Source: the human T2T-CHM13v2.0 reference genome, Homo sapiens
Direction: 5' to 3' (one strand)
Length of the DNA: 64,000 nucleotides
Assembly: GCF_009914755.1 (NCBI RefSeq)
Contig: NC_060935.1
Below the pieces are notes generated by a model. It had not been told where the DNA came from. It searched no databases and saw nothing but the letters and a program-made list of their open reading frames with translations. Below, in pieces: positions 31,481-49,859 of the stretch (positions within the stretch are counted from its first letter, which is position 1; each line of letters begins with the position of its first letter). Position numbers and translations under genes: made by a program.

Positions 31481-31924
31481 CATTTTCTCTTTAATCAATA
31501 TTTGGTTTATCTACATAAATAATTGAGATGATTTAAATTTCACTTGGAATTTAATCTTTGGTCTGCTTCTACACACTTAACCACAGGCCTCTTAGCCCTC
31601 ATACTCTTTCAGATGCTGTGGTGTTTTTCTTGAGCATTCAGGTTAGCACAGTACTCTTGCACTGCCCTGAAGTTCTAGGAACACTAAGTGTGTCACAGAC
31701 CCATTGCTTAGATATCTAACTCAGACATTTATCTTCTCCTGCTCCTAAACCGTGCTGTGCATGTACGTACTCTTATGAGTGTGAGACTGGCCATTTGCTT
31801 GGGTTCTCTCAGGTTGTCTCTTACAGCTTCCAAACCTATTTAGAGTTTCTGCCATCTCTTTCTCTCTCTCTCACCCCACCTCAGCTGGAAAGCAGGGCAC
31901 ATGGTCCATTTTCTCTGACTCTTT

Positions 31925-32135
31925 TTAGCCTTAGGTTTTATCTAAAATGAGTCAGCTAGCTACTTTTTGATATCTGTTATTATGGGCTTAAGTATAACGT
32001 TCTGAATCCTGCAGGATTTAGGAATATGAAACCCAATCATTCAAATTCTTGCATTACAAGTTACTTTTTCTCCCTTAAAACTATTGCCATATCCATTAGT
32101 TTTAAAAGTCAACTTAAAAACCCAAAAGCTACTGG
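31925..32135 (-). pseudogene. Relic AAA4 core segment
   Basis: VFKLTFKTNGYG...IITDIKK*LA (cf. 'VFQIExxKxYG...FLEDINNLL'). Confidence 0.6.
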
Positions 32136-32509
32136 TGATAGTTCCAAGAAAATACACATTTGTCAAAACTAATTGAGCTACACACTTAAAAGAGAACATG
32201 ATATTGTATGTAAATTATACTTCAATAAAGTCAATTTTAAACATACAATTAAATCTCAAAATTCAATCAACAACTTTCTTTGGTATTTTCTTTCAGGCAA
32301 TTAGCAGAAAATATCCTACATACTACCTCATCTGCGGAATGTAGTAACCAAGACAAGAGGATGCAGAAAGGGAGAATAACGTAAAATAATATTCCATGCA
32401 ATAATATTAGTAACAGTAATAATAGTGGTGATGAAAACTAACACTTAAAAGTTCCTACTATGTGCCAGGAAACTCAGAATAGTTTTTATCAGTTAATTTA
32501 TACTATAAT

Positions 32510-32800
32510 TTTTTAAATTTTATTTTATTTTTAAATTTTTTATTTCCATAGGCTTTAGAGGAAGAGGTGGTATTTGGTAACATGAATAAGTTCTTTAATG
32601 GTGATTTGTGAGATATTGGTGTACCCATCACCTGAGCAATATACACTGAACCTAATTTGTAGTCTTTAACCCCTCACCCCCCTCACCCTTTTTTGCAATT
32701 GCAAAAATATGGAACCAGCCCAAATGCCCATCAATCAAGTTGATAAAGAAATTGTGGTATTTATATACAATGGAATATACTCAGTCATTAAAAGGAAAAA
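32510..32800 (-). mobile_element. Short L1PB-like 3' fragment, 5'-inverted, inside a MIR
   Basis: Antisense L1PB 3'UTR then a sense gcaaaaatatggaaccagccc piece; TSD-like ac(t/c)ataatttt. Confidence 0.7.
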
Positions 32801-33039
32801 AAGTCCACCATAATTTTATAAAATGGGTTTGTGGTTAGATTCATTTCACAACCAAGAGTGCTGAGATTTGGAAGATTAAGGAAAAAAGGTAAGATCATAC
32901 AGCTTCTCTACGGCAGAGGAGTGATTTAAAAGCAGAGAACCTGACTTCAAAATCCTCCCTTAATTACTACCCTACACAAACTTTCAAAGCTAATTGTTCT
33001 GGTCAAAGTTACAATTGTAATGCAACTGAAAATTATAAT

Positions 33040-33110
33040 GGTAAGGTGATGATGATGGTGATGATGATAATGATGCTGATGATGATGACTGTGGTAGTGG
33101 TGATGGCATG
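33040..33110 (+). repeat. (TGA/TGG)n simple repeat
   Basis: gatgatgatggtgatgatgata... Confidence 0.85.
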
Positions 33111-33409
33111 ACGTAGATATGCTGATATTGGCAATTTTTAACACTTATGCCAGGCATTCCTAGTGCTAATGTGAATTTACCCATTTATTGCCAACAAAAG
33201 ACTTCTGACAATGTTTCTGTTACTATCTCCATGTTACAAATGAGAAAAATGTGGACTAAATTATCATATATAAATAACATATCTTAAATTATACAGCTAA
33301 AAAGTATTACAAGTTAGACAGAAATACAGGTTTGATTAGACCTCAGAGCTTACTCCTTTATTTCCTTTAATAGCTTGATTTTCTCTTTTAAAAATAACCA
33401 TATTATTTT

Positions 33410-34414
33410 TATTGTAACCATGTTTTGAATCCCATAATGAGTAATTTAACAATATTACATTATTGTTCTTCATTTTGGATTCTTAACTAAACAATAAATG
33501 TCACCGCTTTTTCAAGAAAAGTACAGGTTGTCATCTTGTACAAAGCTGGGGGCTGATAAAATGGAAAAATAGAACTAACCCCTTTCTGAACTTTGGTTTA
33601 TATCAATATATTCAAATGTATGTGCACATCTAGCTATCCAACTGTCTATCACATATGTATCTCTTTCTATTGATAGATTTGTTCAGCTTACATATTATTG
33701 ATGTTTTTATTTTAAGATTCCTTATGAAGAAAGAATGAGAGGCAGGTAAAAATATGCAATAACTTTTACAGCTGGCTTTGTTCCTACTTATTACCAGTAA
33801 AAAAAAGTTAAGTATTATAACTACTCCCTTAATCCACGAATGCACATAAACTCACAGGAAATTATTTACTAGTTTCCTATGGCTTTTTAGTACTTAGTAT
33901 GAAAATGCATTGCTTCACAAATTCAAGAGGCCCAGGGAAAAAGGGAAATGATAAACTTATGAAATAACTCCTGGGAGTAAGGAATTAGGAATCCTTTAAA
34001 AGTAGAACAAGGCAAAAAAAGGAAAGCTGAAGAAATACAAGATGAGCTTTGATGATCTCCAGTGAGGCATGAAGGTAGAGGCCATGGTAAAGCTCCATTT
34101 AAAAGTTGTATTTTCAGACTTATTTCCTTCAATACTGCTTAACACTGTAATTTTATTAACCACTGGACTGAGACAAAGATGACTTCAGCAGTTAGCTCAG
34201 TGTAAACTGAACATGTTTTAGCAACTCCCATGAAAAGTCACTGCATTCTAAATGACATGCTGTTACATACTACATCAGAGAGAAAAATAGTTTTGCTCTA
34301 GGGGGAAATTCATGCTCACATAAGGATATTTAGTATTTACATAGTATTGGAAATATTACAGCCTCAAAGGTAAACACTCTTATCCCTGTACTACTTTTGT
34401 AACAATGTGTAACC
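33410..34414 (-). pseudogene. Relic AAA3 lid to AAA4 P-loop segments
   Basis: In order: LHIVTKV..LPLRL, NFPLEQNYFSL, ALPWP, *ICEAMHF (cf. 'WxHEAxRVF'), FLEKAVTFIV*L, KLLIMGF (cf. 'NALLVGV'). Confidence 0.55.
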
Positions 34415-34944
34415 CTAAACATGTTTAAACCATTGAATTTTGCCTCAAAATGTGAAAATCTACAGGGATAAATTGTGTTTCCAGCTACTACAAATAGTAT
34501 AAAAGCGCATCAAATATATAAAGAACAAACTTGCATGTCTAAGTTAATCTTACTGATTTTTAAATTAGTTTCGCATATGAAAGCTAATGATTTCAAGAAC
34601 CTAAATGAAGCAGTGATTTGGAAAGGTTAATTTATTGAAACATTAGTTGAATCAACTGGAAAATAGAGTTGAACATTTTATTTCAAGATCTAGAAATTTG
34701 ACAACTCCCGAAAATCCCTGTATTAAATTATACTAGTGTTTTTGAAATTGAAGACAACATCTAGAGTAAATTGGAATTATGGGCTTATCCAAGCTGATAT
34801 GCCTTTCTACTGCATCAGGCCATAGCATTATGTAATGAAGCTATCAAGACACAGTAACTATTACAGTAACAGAGAGAAGTGGCTCAGAAAGTCTGAGACA
34901 TAGTAACCATGCGGCAAGTTTCTGTTTCCATTGACTAAGTCAAC

Positions 34945-35870
34945 TTTTGAATGCCCAGTAGGTACATAGAGCTACTGGGATATGTGAATTTAAGGTGAAA
35001 CTGCATCATGTTCAGCATTCGAGCCATTCAATTACACAATGCATCTATTTTGCCATTGTTCAGGTATACATCAGTGATCAAATATCATTCCTATATATAC
35101 AGACAGAGAGAGAGAGAGAGAGAGAGGACATGACTTCACCTAAGTTACGCAACATTAAACATATAAGACCCTAGAGGCCATGGAAACAAACAGCATTTTA
35201 TTGCTCTCTCCTGCAAACCTTTTCGTTATGTATACCTCTCTTTGTATCCAGACTGGGGAAAAAAAAATGAAAATCAACCACCATGATCCCAGGTCTGAGG
35301 AATCCTCACATCTCTTTTAAGTCTTTGTAAATCTCCAAGGACTATTGGTACTTATCCAATAACAATAATGCTTCATAAGTACTCAAGGGGAAAATAGAAA
35401 TATGTATGCCCATCAAATTATTGTCTTAAATTGAAGGGGTATTTTCCTCTCTGTGTAATCACCTTCAGTAGTCTAATGAGGAAAATAGAACAAATGGCAT
35501 GCGGTTGCCACAGCAACATTTTTTATTCTCTTACCTAGTGTAAGACAGTATTTTTTTTTCTGTTTCCATTTTCTTTGCTTTGTTTTAATAGAATAAAAAC
35601 ATCTCTAATAAATGTAATTTTACTACTCCCAGTTTCTGGTTTTTGCTTCCCTATAATGAATAAATCTGAAAAGGGATACATATCCCAATAATGAAGTACA
35701 TATGCTCACACATAATTATGTGGTGGCATTATTTTCAAGACATAATGCTACTGACAAATACAGTGGTTTCCTGCTTCATGAGGTAATTAATAGTGTTGTT
35801 TATTGTTCTATACATTTTCTCTTTTGTCATACATAATTTATTAAGTAAATTAGACACTAAAATTTGTGTG
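34945..35870 (-). pseudogene. Relic AAA3 segments including a degenerate Walker A
   Basis: QILVS..INYLMKQETTVFVSSIMS*K* (cf. 'ILVPT..LL..PVLFVGPTGTGKS'; TGA and TAA are one step from GGA and TCA), then LQERAIKCCLFPWPLG and YLITDVYL. Confidence 0.6.
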
Positions 35871-36707
35871 GGTTTAACAGATACCAAATAATAAGGTATT
35901 ATCAAGGATTTAATGATACAGAAATAGATCTGGGAAAGAAATAGTACGCTGATGCAAATAGTTGCCATGGCGATAACTTGAAATCACTGTGTGATTTTTA
36001 AAATATATATATTTTATGAAAATGTAAATTTTACTAACATTAAAAAATACTAGACTCTACCAGATTTATCAAAAAAAAAAACAAAACAAAAAACAAAAGC
36101 CCTTAGCTTTTATTTTCCAAGTTATAATATGTTTCTACTTAATATCAACAATTTGAATATTGAATTATCTCACTAGAAGAAATGTTTATTCACAAAAAGA
36201 AAAACCATATCAAGTGGTAGAAGAATTCATGCACTGATTGGAGGCTTAGACTAAATGAGTTTTACGTCATTACAAAAGACAAAGCTCTATGATTTCAATA
36301 TGTATGTAGACATGTATTTATTGGAGTATAAGCAGGAAAACTAGCATGGTCAAAATCTTAATCATTATAAATACATACAGAAATTATAAAACATAAGTAA
36401 AAGCTCAATAAGAGTGTCAAAAATATAGTAGGCAGTAAAGATCTGTTATATGAGCAAATTAATACTCTATGCTATTTACCCTATCTTCACCTCAATAATA
36501 AATATTGACTCTCTGCAATATGTAAATTAGCTTGAAATAATAGAAGATATATTATCTATTCCTAATTAATTAATTATACCTGTAGGATTACAAATCCTAA
36601 TTTTAGACAGCAAGCATTTCCTATAAATAATAGTAACAGACAATTGATGATCAAGCATTACTTTCCAAAATGCAAGTCAATACTTTCTAAATCAAATGGA
36701 GACTTAC

Positions 36708-36952
36708 CTGTTGGAAAGGTCTTCTAAGAACACTACCATACACAGAAAATTTTTCAATAGCTACATCAACTGGGTTAAATTAAAATGAGACTATGGATGT
36801 GCTCTTGTATATGGGTGCTTAGAAGACCCTTAGCAATTGAAATTATAAACAGAAAGGAAAAGACACCACCTCTGTACTTTTTCACACTTATTCATAAGCT
36901 CATCTATTCCCTGTTTTCACCAGTAGAGCAGCACTCAAGTAATTTTCAATCA
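36708..36952 (-). pseudogene. Relic exon, AAA2 lid
   Basis: ttgttag acceptor and CAG|gtaagt donor; IENYLSAAL..IAKGLLS..FSVYGSVLRRPFQQ across frameshifts. Confidence 0.55.
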
Positions 36953-37649
36953 CTAACAATTGGGTAAAATACACAAACACACATGCACAAATATATATGT
37001 ACATACATCCATACATATAATCTTACCTAATAATGTTATTTTATTAATATCCATTTAACCCTTTAGAGTTTACCAATGACATTGTTAGTGATTAATTCAT
37101 TTGATCTATACAACAATTCTGAAAAAAATCATAGTTTGATTTTATAAGTTGAGACTAAGAAGGAAAATAATTAAGTGCATGACCCAGGGTCATACAATTA
37201 ATGGGTATAAATCCAGGATTTTTTTTTTTTTTACTTTTTATTAGAGAGCCCATACTCTTGCAGATCCAGCACTTGTCTTTTACGTCACTTGAGTGTCTCA
37301 TATTGTATTTTATGTATAATGTTGATGCCCATTTTGTAGATAAGGAACATGAATATGGCATGGAGGGAGAATGTGACTCATAAAATATTCAGTTACTCTG
37401 CAACGGCCTTGAGATAAAAACCTAAATTGTGCAGATTCCAAAGCCTTTACCACTATAATATGACATTTCATCATTTACAAAAAAAAATGAATAAATGTAT
37501 GTGTGAAAGTGTGTGTGTGTGTGTGTGTGTGTGCATATATGTGTGCTGGGGAGAAGCTAAAGATGTAAATATGTTAACTTATGTAATTTTCACAATAATA
37601 CTGAGAAGTATTTCAATTATCTCTAATTGATAAATGTAAAAACTTAGTT

Positions 37650-37910
37650 GCAGAGATAATCATTCTGCTCATAAGCTACAGAGGCAAGAACGATGTGGTA
37701 GAATCTCAATGTGGTAGAAACACTGATTTCTGACCAGATCTGGAACAGTAATCTATAAGAATTACCAAAGTTTCCCAACCCTAAATAAGTATGGTAGAGC
37801 AAACGTGGAAACAAGCAGGCATTTATAAAGTTCACATCTTGATATTAATTGGTTTTCAAGAATCTATATTGCTGTAGTCTACAGATATTTGACGTAAGAA
37901 AAATATAAAC
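37650..37910 (-). pseudogene. Relic AAA2 core segment (5' part likely at 41223-41255, across the L1)
   Basis: VNFINACL...YRLLFQIWSEISVSTTLRFYHI (cf. 'IENMNxVL...MRLLFEVxDLxxASPATVSRCGMV'). Confidence 0.7.
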
Positions 37911-41222
<3,312 letters not shown>

Positions 41223-41299
41223 TAATATTTCTTGATTTTTCTTTTCTTAATATGACTAGGAAACAGTTAAGACTGAATTGTACTGTATTCCTGTATATT

Positions 41300-42900
41300 C
41301 ATTTTTTATTTACACAAAAATATTTATTTTATGTCCAAGATACTAGTGATACATAAGTGAATGAAACAGATAAAAACTTTCCCTCCTAAGTTCTATATTT
41401 TAAACTGAAATAGAAAATAAACAAGTAAATAAGTAAAAATATATAGTAAGTTGTATGGCTGTAAATTAATAGAGTTCACTAAGACAGAAAAGGTATAAAG
41501 TGTGATCCAGAAAGGAGAAAGATTTGCTGCAAATTTAAATTTAAAATCAGGTGACCATAGAAGATTACCTGAAAGAGTTGGAAGAGTAAGTACTGAAGGC
41601 ACCTGAGGGGTAATTTTGCCAAGTAGAAAGATTTGCAACTGCAGAAGCCCTGAGAAAGAAGTAGAAGTAACACAGAGTATTTTGAAATAAACTAAACAAT
41701 ATGCGTGTGGTCAGAGAATGAGTCGGAGGGATAATTATGTTGGTGGCAGATTTTGTACAACCTCCTAGGTCATCTACTCAAGTTTACTCTGAGTCAGATG
41801 CAAAAACAATGGAGTGTTTTGAGTAGAAGAAGGTCATCTGGCAGATATTAGAGGATGCACTGCGGCTGCTCCAGGAAATCGAAAGATAATCCATATGAGA
41901 GACGATAGAGATTCAAACCATGATTGTTGTGGTGAAGGCTATGAAAGGGTGTGGAATCAAATATATTTTAAAGATCGAACTTAAAATATTTGCTGATTCA
42001 TAAAATATGGGATATGTGAGGAAAAGATGAGTCAGGAACAATTAAGTCCCAGATATGTTGTCTGAACAATTGTAAGAATGAGACAGAAAAAAAGATAGGA
42101 GAAGCAGATTTTAGCGGAAATTGAAGAGAGATCAAACATGTTAAATGTGAGATGCACATTATATATCAAAGTGGACAGTTAAGTATGCAGATGGATATAT
42201 GAACTGGAGTTCAAGGAACAGGTCAGTGCTTGGGATATAAATGTGGGTTTGTAAGTGTATTGATGGCATATAAAAGTATTAGACTAGACAAAATTGCCAA
42301 AGAAATTAATTTTGATGTTTTAAAAAAGAGAAAAAGTTTAAGGATTGAGTCTTATAGAGATTTTGGAGATGATGATAAACTAAAAAAAAAAAAAATAGTG
42401 ACAAGGAGAGACCATTAAAGAGAAAACATGGGGAATGCATTGTGTTAGAAGTGTAGTGAATAAAGTATTTCATGGAGGGAGGGATCAACTAAGTAGAATG
42501 TTGCTGACAGGCCAAGTAGGAAGAAGCATGAGAACTGACTATTTAGCCTCATGGACATCACTGGAGACCTTTGAAAATAGCAGTTTGATTTGAAAGTGGA
42601 GGTTAAAGCCCAACTGGAGAGGCTTCACAAAAGAATGAGAATAGAGAAATTTGAGACAGTGCAAATAGGCAAGACTTTTATACTTGCTCTTAGCCAAAAG
42701 GCAATGGCAATGCTTTTGTGTTTTACTCTAAAATACAGGTGATAAATGGGGTTGATGTGATGATGGTAAATAAATTCAAGGGGTTATGCAGATATGAGAG
42801 AATTACTGCTGAACATATTTGCATGACCATCAGAAATATTGCATAATGATGATGAAAAACGGAGAGAGAGAGAGAGAGAAGAATCAATGGAGTGATATTC
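41300..42900. mobile_element. L2 remnant
   Basis: Purine-rich decayed L2 motifs (ggatatatgaactggagttcaagga..); boundaries approximate. Confidence 0.55.
42679..42702 (-). pseudogene. U2 snRNA 5' fragment retrocopy
   Basis: Reverse complement gccttttggctaagagcaagtata matches U2 GCCTTTTGGCTAAGATCAAGTGTA at 22/24. Confidence 0.65.
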
Positions 42901-43346
42901 TTAAGAAGGAAATTGGTGTTGGAATATCACAGAGGCATGTTTCTCAATAGAAGCAAAAAAGATAAGCAATAAAGGAGTAGCAAAGGGAAGATGGATTTTA
43001 TAGGCTCAGATGGAATAGGTGAATAGACATGGTGTTGGAAGCTTGATAATTTATTTCCAGAGTAGTAGCCAAGAAGATACTTTCTAGAGCTAGGTTGCCT
43101 GAGTCTGAATCCCAGATTTGTCATTAGCTAACTCTATGATGTTGTGCATTTGTCTCCCCCCTTACATAAAATGAATAAAGTAATTGCACTTATATTATAA
43201 GGTCATTGTAAGAATTATTAGAATAAAATAAAGCACTTAACAGAATCTGGCCTAGAGTAGACACTGAGCATAAGTTAGGAAGAAAGGAAATGAGCCGAGA
43301 AGATAAAGGAAGAAGTAGTGTGACAGATGATAAGATTTGAAAATAG

Positions 43347-43643
<297 letters not shown>

Positions 43644-43655
43644 TAAAAATAGTTT

Positions 43656-44358
<703 letters not shown>

Positions 44359-45507
44359 TCAAATTTCCGGAGAAGCCAAGCTTTTCCACATTTTTACACT
44401 TTTTTTTTTTTTTCCCACAGTGTCCTTTCTACTGTATTAATCCATCTGGTAAACATGTATTCACTGTTCAAGGCTTAGTCTAAATACACTCTAAACAAAC
44501 TTTTTTGTGTGTGAAGTACCTCCATTATGCCCAATAATTCTGTGTGTATATCTATTAATGATACATAGAATATTTTACTGCATTATGTATTTACATGTCT
44601 GTCTCCCTCTACGAGACTATAAGCTCTTGAGAGATCATCAGCCATCTTAGTTGTCCCCCAGCCCAGCAAGTACAGTTAACATAGTACATGTGTAATAGGT
44701 ATATTTTAACTAGAAGAATTGATACATGGCATTCTGAATTTATTATTAGATAAATAAAATTTGCAAACCTCATACACTCTGTATTATTCCCTGTAGTCAT
44801 CTGTATTATTGTAAATACAGATTAACCCATCAAATTGCTATAATATTGGACATCTTTGCAGTATGACAGAAGTAAATTCTCAGTTATGGCATATTTTAAG
44901 AAAAGACAGAAATGCTGAGAAAGACCTGTACATGATTTAATCAGTAGATACTAGATAAATTTGAACTAACCACTGACATTTGAAGTTCAAATTTTCCTCA
45001 TCTTCCCATTTATGATTTTTGAAACCATTCTACATTCTAATAATCTCTACCTCCTCCAAACTTTGGTTGTATTACTCACTTGACTACGAATCATCATGTA
45101 CTGCCTTGTGATCTTTCTTATACTGTTACATTAAATAAATTGAATTTTTTATTTCACACTTTGCATGGTTATTTTGTATTTTCTCAACCCAGTTATAATA
45201 TCATCTAGAAGTTTAATTTACAAAACCTGTCAAGCATATATTTATTGAATGTCTATGCTGTGCCAGGAACCCTTCTTGATATTAAGGGGAGAAGCAATTC
45301 AAACAACAATAAAAAAAAATAAGAATAACCCTTTCCCCAAGGAGTAAATCAAACAGAGGAGATTAATGCAATAAGTCATTTATAGAGGTATATATAAAAT
45401 GCTAAGGAAATCCAAGGGGATCCAGAGAAACCTCATAAAATAGGTGGCAACTGATTTTTAACTTGACGGGCTGAATAAAAGTTTTCAGTTAAAGAATGGA
45501 AATAGGA

Positions 45508-45830
<323 letters not shown>

Positions 45831-45856
45831 CTAAGAAAACAGAATATGCAATATAA

Positions 45857-45920
45857 GTGGATATTTGAACAACTACAAACATTTCAATGTGGATATCTGA
45901 ACAACTAAGAACATTTCAAT
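45857..45920 (+). repeat. 32-bp tandem duplication
   Basis: gtggatatttgaacaactacaaacatttcaat / gtggatatctgaacaactaagaacatttcaat (29/32). Confidence 0.85.
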
Positions 45921-46229
45921 GTGTCTATAGCAATATAACAGTAAACTAATTCAGTTTTAAATCTCAATTTAAATTATATTCTATTTATCAGTTACTGCCA
46001 CAGTCCCCTGCCATTACACATACAAAATAAAAATTGTAGAGCCTTAAAGACAGTTGACCCAGTTGAAGAGAAATACTTGACCTGTAAGATCCTGAAAGAC
46101 TTATCTCTTCATTAGCTGAGATCATGTCAAATTAGCATATTTAAAAACTGATCTTAGAGGGTTTAGCTGGTTGAGATTTTCCCATGGCTTGAGAAGAAAA
46201 ACTACTTCTTAGCTGAAGTAAAGAAGAAA

Positions 46230-46405
46230 GAGTACATGCTATGAGGGATAAAAACTGAAAAATCACCCCCTTTTTATTTTCATCCCAATTAAGAGGAACA
46301 GATAAAGAGTGGAAAGGCAAAGATATCAAAACTTAACTACGGATTTCTGCTCTCTGAGCATCTGTTTGGAGGGTATGGAGCAGTTTTTGATAAGCATACT
46401 TGCTA
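46230..46405 (-). pseudogene. Relic AAA1 lid segment
   Basis: S*VLISLPFHSLSVP..IFQFLS (cf. 'ExLLxRxxxDxNLP..LFxxI'). Confidence 0.55.
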
Positions 46406-47296
46406 GTTAAATATGGTCAGGCAGTAAGTAGTGATGAAAGGTTAAGGACAAGGATTTGGGAACAGTGGTTAGCTTCTGTGGCTTAAGAGCAGACTGTCAG
46501 ACCAGCCAGCTGGATGCAGAACTTTGCCAGCAGCTGCGGGCCTGGAGCCACTCAAGAGCCTGGAGTTATATGAAGCTAGGAAAAGTCAGCTAGGAGGGGC
46601 CATCAGGCCAAAAAAGTTTACATGACCATTTAACTCAGCCACAAATGCAGAGAGAACAAGTAATACAGGCGGACCGGAAGTCAAGCTGAAAGATCACAGG
46701 AGTAAGAAAAAGGCACTCATGCCAAGCATCCTGCTATTGAGAGAAAATATAAACTCTTCCTTCCATTCATGGAGATTCCCTCTAACTAGGAAGGGGAATG
46801 GTGGCTTTGAGTGAGACTGATTATTTGTATCACTAAGATTGAAGTCACCATAAATGAAGTATTTGAATGATTAAGTGCCACAAAGCTTTAGACAGAGTTG
46901 TCTATATAGTTGGATTCTGTAATTATAGGTGTTGATTTTCCTGTTGGCCAATGATTAAACTTGGGGCACAGATCCATTTTATTGTTTATGTGCATGTATA
47001 TATATGAAATTGACTATTCTGTCCTTCTGAGCTATAGTGGAAATAAATGTATCATTCTGCTACAGTTAGAATCTGTATTGTATGAAATCTGTGGGCCAAA
47101 CAGAGCACAAGGAAGTAAAGCAGTTACTGGAGACTAACATTTTGTTAAATGATGAAAAGGAGAAATGGGGTAACTAAAAAGGGAAAGAAAAGAGAGAAGA
47201 CATTATTATTCTGCTTGCCTGTTTGACTGTTTATTTAGGAGACCGGGAATATTTGTAGATGAAAAAAAAAGTCAGTGGAAAGAAAGCAACAATATA

Positions 47297-48119
47297 ATAG
47301 TTTCCCCTTTTTCATGGTTTTACTTTCTACTGTTTCATTATTCACAAATATGGTTCAAAAGCATTAAATAGAAATTCTAGAAATAAACAATTCATACGTT
47401 TTAAATTGCATATCATTATGTGTAGCATGATAAAATCTCATGTGATCCCACTCTGTCTCTCTCAGGCAGTAAATCATCTCTTTGTCTAGGGTATCCACAC
47501 TGTACATGCTCTTCTGAATGTTAGTCGCTTAGCAGTGGTCTCAGTTATCAGATTAATGGTTTCTGTATTGCAGTGCTTGAGTTCAAGTCATATCTATTTT
47601 ACTTAATAATGGCTCAAAAGTGCAAAAGTTGTGATGCTGGCTCACTCTTCTGATATGCCAAAAAGAAGCCTTGAAGTTCTTCCTTTATGTGAAAAGGTAA
47701 AGGTTCTCCACTTGTTAATAAAATAAAAATAGTTGTATGCTGAAGTTGCTAAGAGCTGCAGTAAGAAGGAATCTACTACCTGCAAAATTGTGAGAAGAAA
47801 AAGGAAATTTGTGCTGGTTTTTCTATCACATCTCAAACTGCAAAAGTTATGGCTACTGTGTAAGCACTTAATTAAGATGGGAAAGGCATTAAATTGTAGA
47901 TGGAAGACATGAAGCAGAAACATGTCTGATTAATAGCAACATTCTGTGCCAGATTAGCTTATTCTTAATTAAATTAAACATTATCATAGGTATGTATGTA
48001 GAGAAAAAAATTAAGCCTTATCATAGATATTCATATATCTATGGGGTTTGGTACTCTTTGAGGTTCCAGGCATCCACTGAAGGTCCTGGAACATATCCCT
48101 CATGGACAAGAACGGCTGT
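47297..48119. mobile_element. MER44/Tigger7-like DNA transposon
   Basis: gaaattctagaaataaacaattcatacgttttaaattgc; gtgaaaaggtaaaggttctc; ends catatccctcatggacaag..ctgta. Confidence 0.75.
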
Positions 48120-48260
48120 ATAAGAAAAATTCTTTGAACATTGTACTAGAAAACAATAGCTAATACCTAACATTTGTTTAGTGGTTACTAAGCACCAGGA
48201 ACCATTTAAAGAGCTTACGTGTACTAACTCATGTATTGCTTACAACATCACAATTAGTGG

Positions 48261-48979
48261 TGCAATCGCCTTCGCAAAATTATGACAGTAAGAGAAATCT
48301 GACATAGTTGATTCCATCTTATTCTATTCTCCAAGTTGTCATTGGTCTTTCCTGGGTGTAGGCCAAGCTAATTTGGGGAGAAATTTATTTCGTAGTTTAA
48401 CCTTAAAGCAAGGATAGTACTATTCCCTCCCAGAACGAAACTGCCTTTATACAACTGATGAAAGGACACAAGGTTAGGATTATGACACGGACCTGAATTC
48501 TGCTAAGATGTAGGCATAGTTAAATTATAACAAGCCATTGTTCCACAAGATTTGCAACTTCACCAATTACTTGCATGGATAACATTATATTGTACAACCT
48601 AAGATTGGTGTTTTGAAACATTATTTAGATTTTTGCATTCTGGCAACCAATCGACCACATATAGACTCATGACTCATGACTCAACCCATCCTGTGCCCCT
48701 CACCCAGAGGCAGACTCAGTGCCTGAGGACCGTTTTTCACACTCCTGTGATTTCATCCCTGACCAATCAGCAGCATCCATTCCCTAGCCCCCTACTCACC
48801 AAACTATCCTCGAAAACCCCTAACCTCCAAGCCTTCAGGGAGATCGATTTAAGCAATAATTCTACTCCTTCACATGGCTAACCTTGTGACATTTAAAGTC
48901 TTTCTTTACTGCAATGTGATGATCTTAGAGAACTGATTTTGTCTGTGCAGTGGGCAGGAAAACCCCTCAGATGACTACA
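48261..48979 (+). mobile_element. LTR8-family solo LTR inside a MIR
   Basis: tgcaatcgccttcgcaaaattatgacagtaagagaaatctgac...gcagtgggcaggaaaacccc..actaca. Confidence 0.8.
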
Positions 48980-49695
48980 GCAGGTAAAGTAGCATTCACA
49001 ATTATTATCCACATTGCACAGATAGGAAACTGAAGCACAAAGAGAAAAAAGGCGGCAAGATTAGACAACCTTCATTATTTTTATTACTACCCCATAAAAC
49101 AAAATGAATGCTCTCGTGTACATTCTAATACATTATCAGTCAATTGACAGTTCCATAATCAATGTGTCATAGACCTGTTGGGACAACACTGCCCAAAGAA
49201 GCTTGACCCCTGATGGTGACTCCCCTGCTCTGCCATGGCATCATACTAGACACAATACTAGGCTTTTGTGTTTTTATGAAATGCTGTATGCTGTAAGATT
49301 AAACGTTGTTTTGCATTGCTACAGGTTGGGTTCTCTGAGAGGTAATAATGTGGGATGTTTATTCAGGAGTGCCCTTAGAACAGCCCTGTGGAAAAGGAAG
49401 CAACTCTAGGCAGAGATAGGAGTTAAACCATGATGTAGCTCTCACAACAGCATCTGCTCAACTCAGGGAAATCTTCGGAGCTAGAATGACCATTTAGAAT
49501 TGCTCCCAACTAGGACAAGATGGCCAAGACTTTAAAGGTCTGCATTAGTCAGTCACTAGATCCAAAGATCCATGTGACTTTATACTAGGGGCTAACAGTC
49601 AAGTGCTTACAGCACGCCCAGGAACCACGGCAACAAATCCTTCACCTAGGGGTCAGGTAGGTAACACATTATAGAGTCTACTCCAGGCATTCATG

Positions 49696-49773
49696 GTATA
49701 GAACCATATAAAATTGCCATTTCTATATGCCAAAAATGCTAGAAAATTGACCATTTCTTATGGTTTGGTCTAA
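49696..49773. mobile_element. MADE2-like mariner MITE
   Basis: ~78-bp imperfect palindrome gaaccatataaaattgcc...ccatttcttatggttt. Confidence 0.65.
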
Positions 49774-49859
49774 TGTATGTTATTTCACTCATGTATATGT
49801 TGTTTTATCTAAAAATCAGAGCGGCAGCCTGCAGTCATTTGTAGTATGACTAGGGTTGG

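Noticed and set aside
32947-33184. His-rich and Ser-rich ORFs
   Set aside because: They are translations of a (TGA)n simple repeat.
46440-46900. Possible old LTR (also 49310-49690)
   Set aside because: The composition is LTR-like, but family and boundaries could not be supported by eye.
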